A DNA stretch of 64,000 bases, taken from Rhodosorus marinus CCMP1338. Taxonomy: Eukaryota > Plantae > Rhodophyta. The translations under genes and the position numbers were made by a program. The notes under the pieces were generated by a model that was given only the letters and a program-made list of their open reading frames with translations, ran no database searches and was not told the origin of the DNA. Shown piece after piece: positions 61,645-64,000 of this stretch. How positions within the stretch are numbered: position 1 is the stretch's first letter; each line of letters begins with the position of its first letter. The stretch lies in assembly GCA_029953675.1 (NCBI GenBank), contig JAMWBK010000006.1, positions 1,922,001-1,986,000 of the forward strand, in the 5' to 3' direction.

Positions 61645-62252
61645 GTGATGATCAGTTTATTCAGGTTCTTTTCCGCACTAAGACACCCCAGCATTTCTTT
61701 TCTATCAATGAATGAGTGCGACCAGCATGTTCGAAAAGGGAGGATTTATTGGCTCCGTAGGCATTGGTTTGACCAAGCGCAACATAATTGCAGACTTCCC
61801 GATACGATTTTGTAGCTTGTTGGGGTTGCCTAGGAAAGCATTAGCATTGCGGTTGCCTAACTGTAAAACTTGTGAACTGAGGGCGAAACCTTCCTCTCCG
61901 AAAGGCGGATTCCAAAGCTTCGTCCAGATACTCCAAATTCCCAGACTTATTATAAAGGCTCAAACCCGATATATTCTTTGTTCGTAGTCTGCCATGGGAA
62001 CTTCACGATCAGAGAATCACAAGCTCAGGTTTCCTGCACACTTTTTGATACCGAATATTCAGACTTCAAAGCGTCAGAATTCAATGCGTCAGAATTCAAT
62101 TTGGTTGCGAGGCAATTTACGTCCATCGATCAACCAACATGGATTCGTCACTCGATCGACGTGCATGGAATTCTTCCGAAGAATTATTTACGTAACAGAT
62201 AAGACGGATCCAAGGCGAGCTTCTTCTCTTATTGTACAAGCACGACGACGAA

Positions 62253-62468
62253 TCACTCCTCCGATCCATCTTCCGTTTCGGTCGAGCCTTCACCCAGTCT
62301 TGACATAGCGCTGATTTGATTGCGTTCAGCTCGTCGAGCGTTCAGAGTTCGGGCATGATCGCCAGCAAGAAAAACCGAGTACAACACGGTCACCACGGTG
62401 CCAAAAACAAGTACACTCGATATCCCCCGTTGAGCACCGTTCATCACATGGCGCATAACGGACCCCAT
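62253..62468 (-). CDS. Small single-TM protein, possibly COX14-like
   Basis: 71 aa; AQRGISSVLVFGTVVTVLYSVF followed by a basic then acidic tail, resembling the COX14 pattern (H/Q-R-x5-L-V-x2-T). The similarity is weak. Confidence 0.4.
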   Translation of the reverse strand: MGSVMRHVMNGAQRGISSVLVFGTVVTVLYSVFLAGDHARTLNARRAERNQISAMSRLGEGSTETEDGSEE

Positions 62469-63979
62469 CCTTGTGCTCCTCCAGCTAAAAGCAGTTACTC
62501 CTTCTCAGACACCAGAAAAAGACCAATGACTACGACTGGCTCTCGGCAAGCTCCATCTACGTCGAAGCCTTCCCCTCTAGCTCTGCACCGCAGCGCCGAA
62601 AGTTTCCCGTCTGCACGGTCGTCAACAAAAATTCAGGAGCGGCACGACTTTTTCGAGCTGACTTGACTGTTACACGGCGTCATCCGCGGACGGCTATTTG
62701 AGCCATCATTATATACCATAGAGGGGTTCCAAATATTTAGAAGTACAAGCTTGCAGATCGCAGATCGGCGTTATCCAGTCCAGGACCCGCGGGTTAGAAG
62801 AACTTGCTCAAGCGCGTCGCAACGTGATCCCTCATCGTTGTAGCCGGTTACAACGACCGTTGAAAAAGGACTGAACCTGCGCTGACTGTGTCAGCTATTG
62901 AATTCCACAGCGGCCCTCTTTGTCGTAGATCAGATCTTGGTCTGAGCGAACTAGGGAAGCTGAAAGCGATTTCTGTGATCATAACCCTCCACGTACCAGA
63001 AGACAAACGCGCGACCGCGAGGGGAAAAGCCGAAGGACTTGAGAGACGGGGGAGGCACGAATCGACTAACAGAGGCCCTGGGAAGTAACCAGGTAGCGGT
63101 ATAGCTCAAACTAGAGCAAGGCAGGCGTTCGATGAACCGCCCTACGTTTTGGCCGCAATCAACGAACTCTGAAAGCCGGCGCATAGTGAACAATCAATTT
63201 TGAATGTTATGATTGATAATATAATATTTTCTTTCACCAATCAGCTCGTACTGACTGCGACTCGTATCCAAAATCGGTATTCAATCATTTAATCTATAGT
63301 TATGTTTAAATTATTCGAGGACAACTCGATTAATGATTGTTCATCAATCCACGGCGTTCAGTAGATCCCAGCCCCTAAGGATGCCCTCGGGCGGAGTATT
63401 TGTCTCTAAACTTTTTGACCCCTTTGACTCGGAGCATAGAGTCGTCCGTACTTCATTTTAAAGAACTTTAGCTGCATGATCGGTCCATCATTGATACAAA
63501 GTATTGGGGCGAGAAACACTTCTCTAACCCCCTAGGGCTCTTAAGATATCAACAGGACGATCTTCTCGAGCGAATCTGACACATTCAACGTATTAATGGT
63601 CGTAGGCTAGTTTCATTTTTCTTAATTTATCTTTTATATATTATCCAAAAAGGGGATACGAGATAACGAAATAATGGTTGAAGTAGTTGATATACGATTG
63701 AGGGTTCTTGAGCAAAAGGGGCAATGATCGTAAGATCGAATTGGGGTGTGTACAAGTGTAGGAGAAAGCGTGCCAGAGGCGAGAGGGAGAGAGGGGGGAG
63801 GGTAACGAAGGGTTGTGGGTTAACGGTGACGTTCAAGTTCTGTTTGAAGATACGGTTTGGAAAACAACGAATATTAAACTCGATTACTTGAGAGGCTGTT
63901 GTTTCGTGGAAAGGGTTCGTATACCGAGTTGGATTTTCTGTTTGTTTTGGTTTTGTGTGAGGGTCTAGTGTTGCGCAGG

Positions 63980-64000
63980 ATGGCGACGGAAGAGATGATT
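63980..64000 (+). CDS. Probable start of a gene truncated by the window edge (MATEEMI...)
   Basis: ATG in a good context after an AT-rich island and G-rich leader like those of the other + strand genes. Confidence 0.35.

Noticed and set aside
62071-62100. 15-bp tandem duplication GCGTCAGAATTCAAT x2
   Set aside because: Ordinary slippage duplication with no evident functional context.

Overview
Gene-dense eukaryotic nuclear DNA with roughly 25 intron-containing genes, mostly with short GT-AG introns of about 60-130 nt. It is most consistent with a compact unicellular red-algal genome. This is an inference from a triosephosphate isomerase carrying a Ser-rich, Phe-4 plastid transit peptide and no signal peptide, plus the compact genes and short introns. 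Recognisable genes: an ESRP/Fusilli-like DnaQ+qRRM protein, BCKDH E2 (DBT), a TM9SF protein, DBP4/DDX10, PSMG4, NDUFS4, NHP2, an ASCC1-like protein, SEC24, CstF-64, plastid TPI, CCDC47, NUP205, a TVP15-like protein, TIM13, an FAD oxidoreductase, HSCB, a CCDC6-like protein and a fungal-type Spt7. I found no rRNA, tRNA, CRISPR array or intact mobile element. The most interesting items are (1) a polyproline + CBM48 + CaaX-box protein that could tether cytosolic starch or glycogen to membranes and actin regulators, (2) an ESRP-like splicing regulator in an apparent alga, (3) an ASCC1 that has lost both catalytic His residues and the KH GxxG loop, (4) a Spt7 whose bromodomain position is degenerate and has two open frames, and (5) long ORF-bearing leaders upstream of several genes, hinting at bicistronic or uORF-rich units. 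All homology calls come from motif recognition by eye, not database searches. Exon boundaries were deduced manually.
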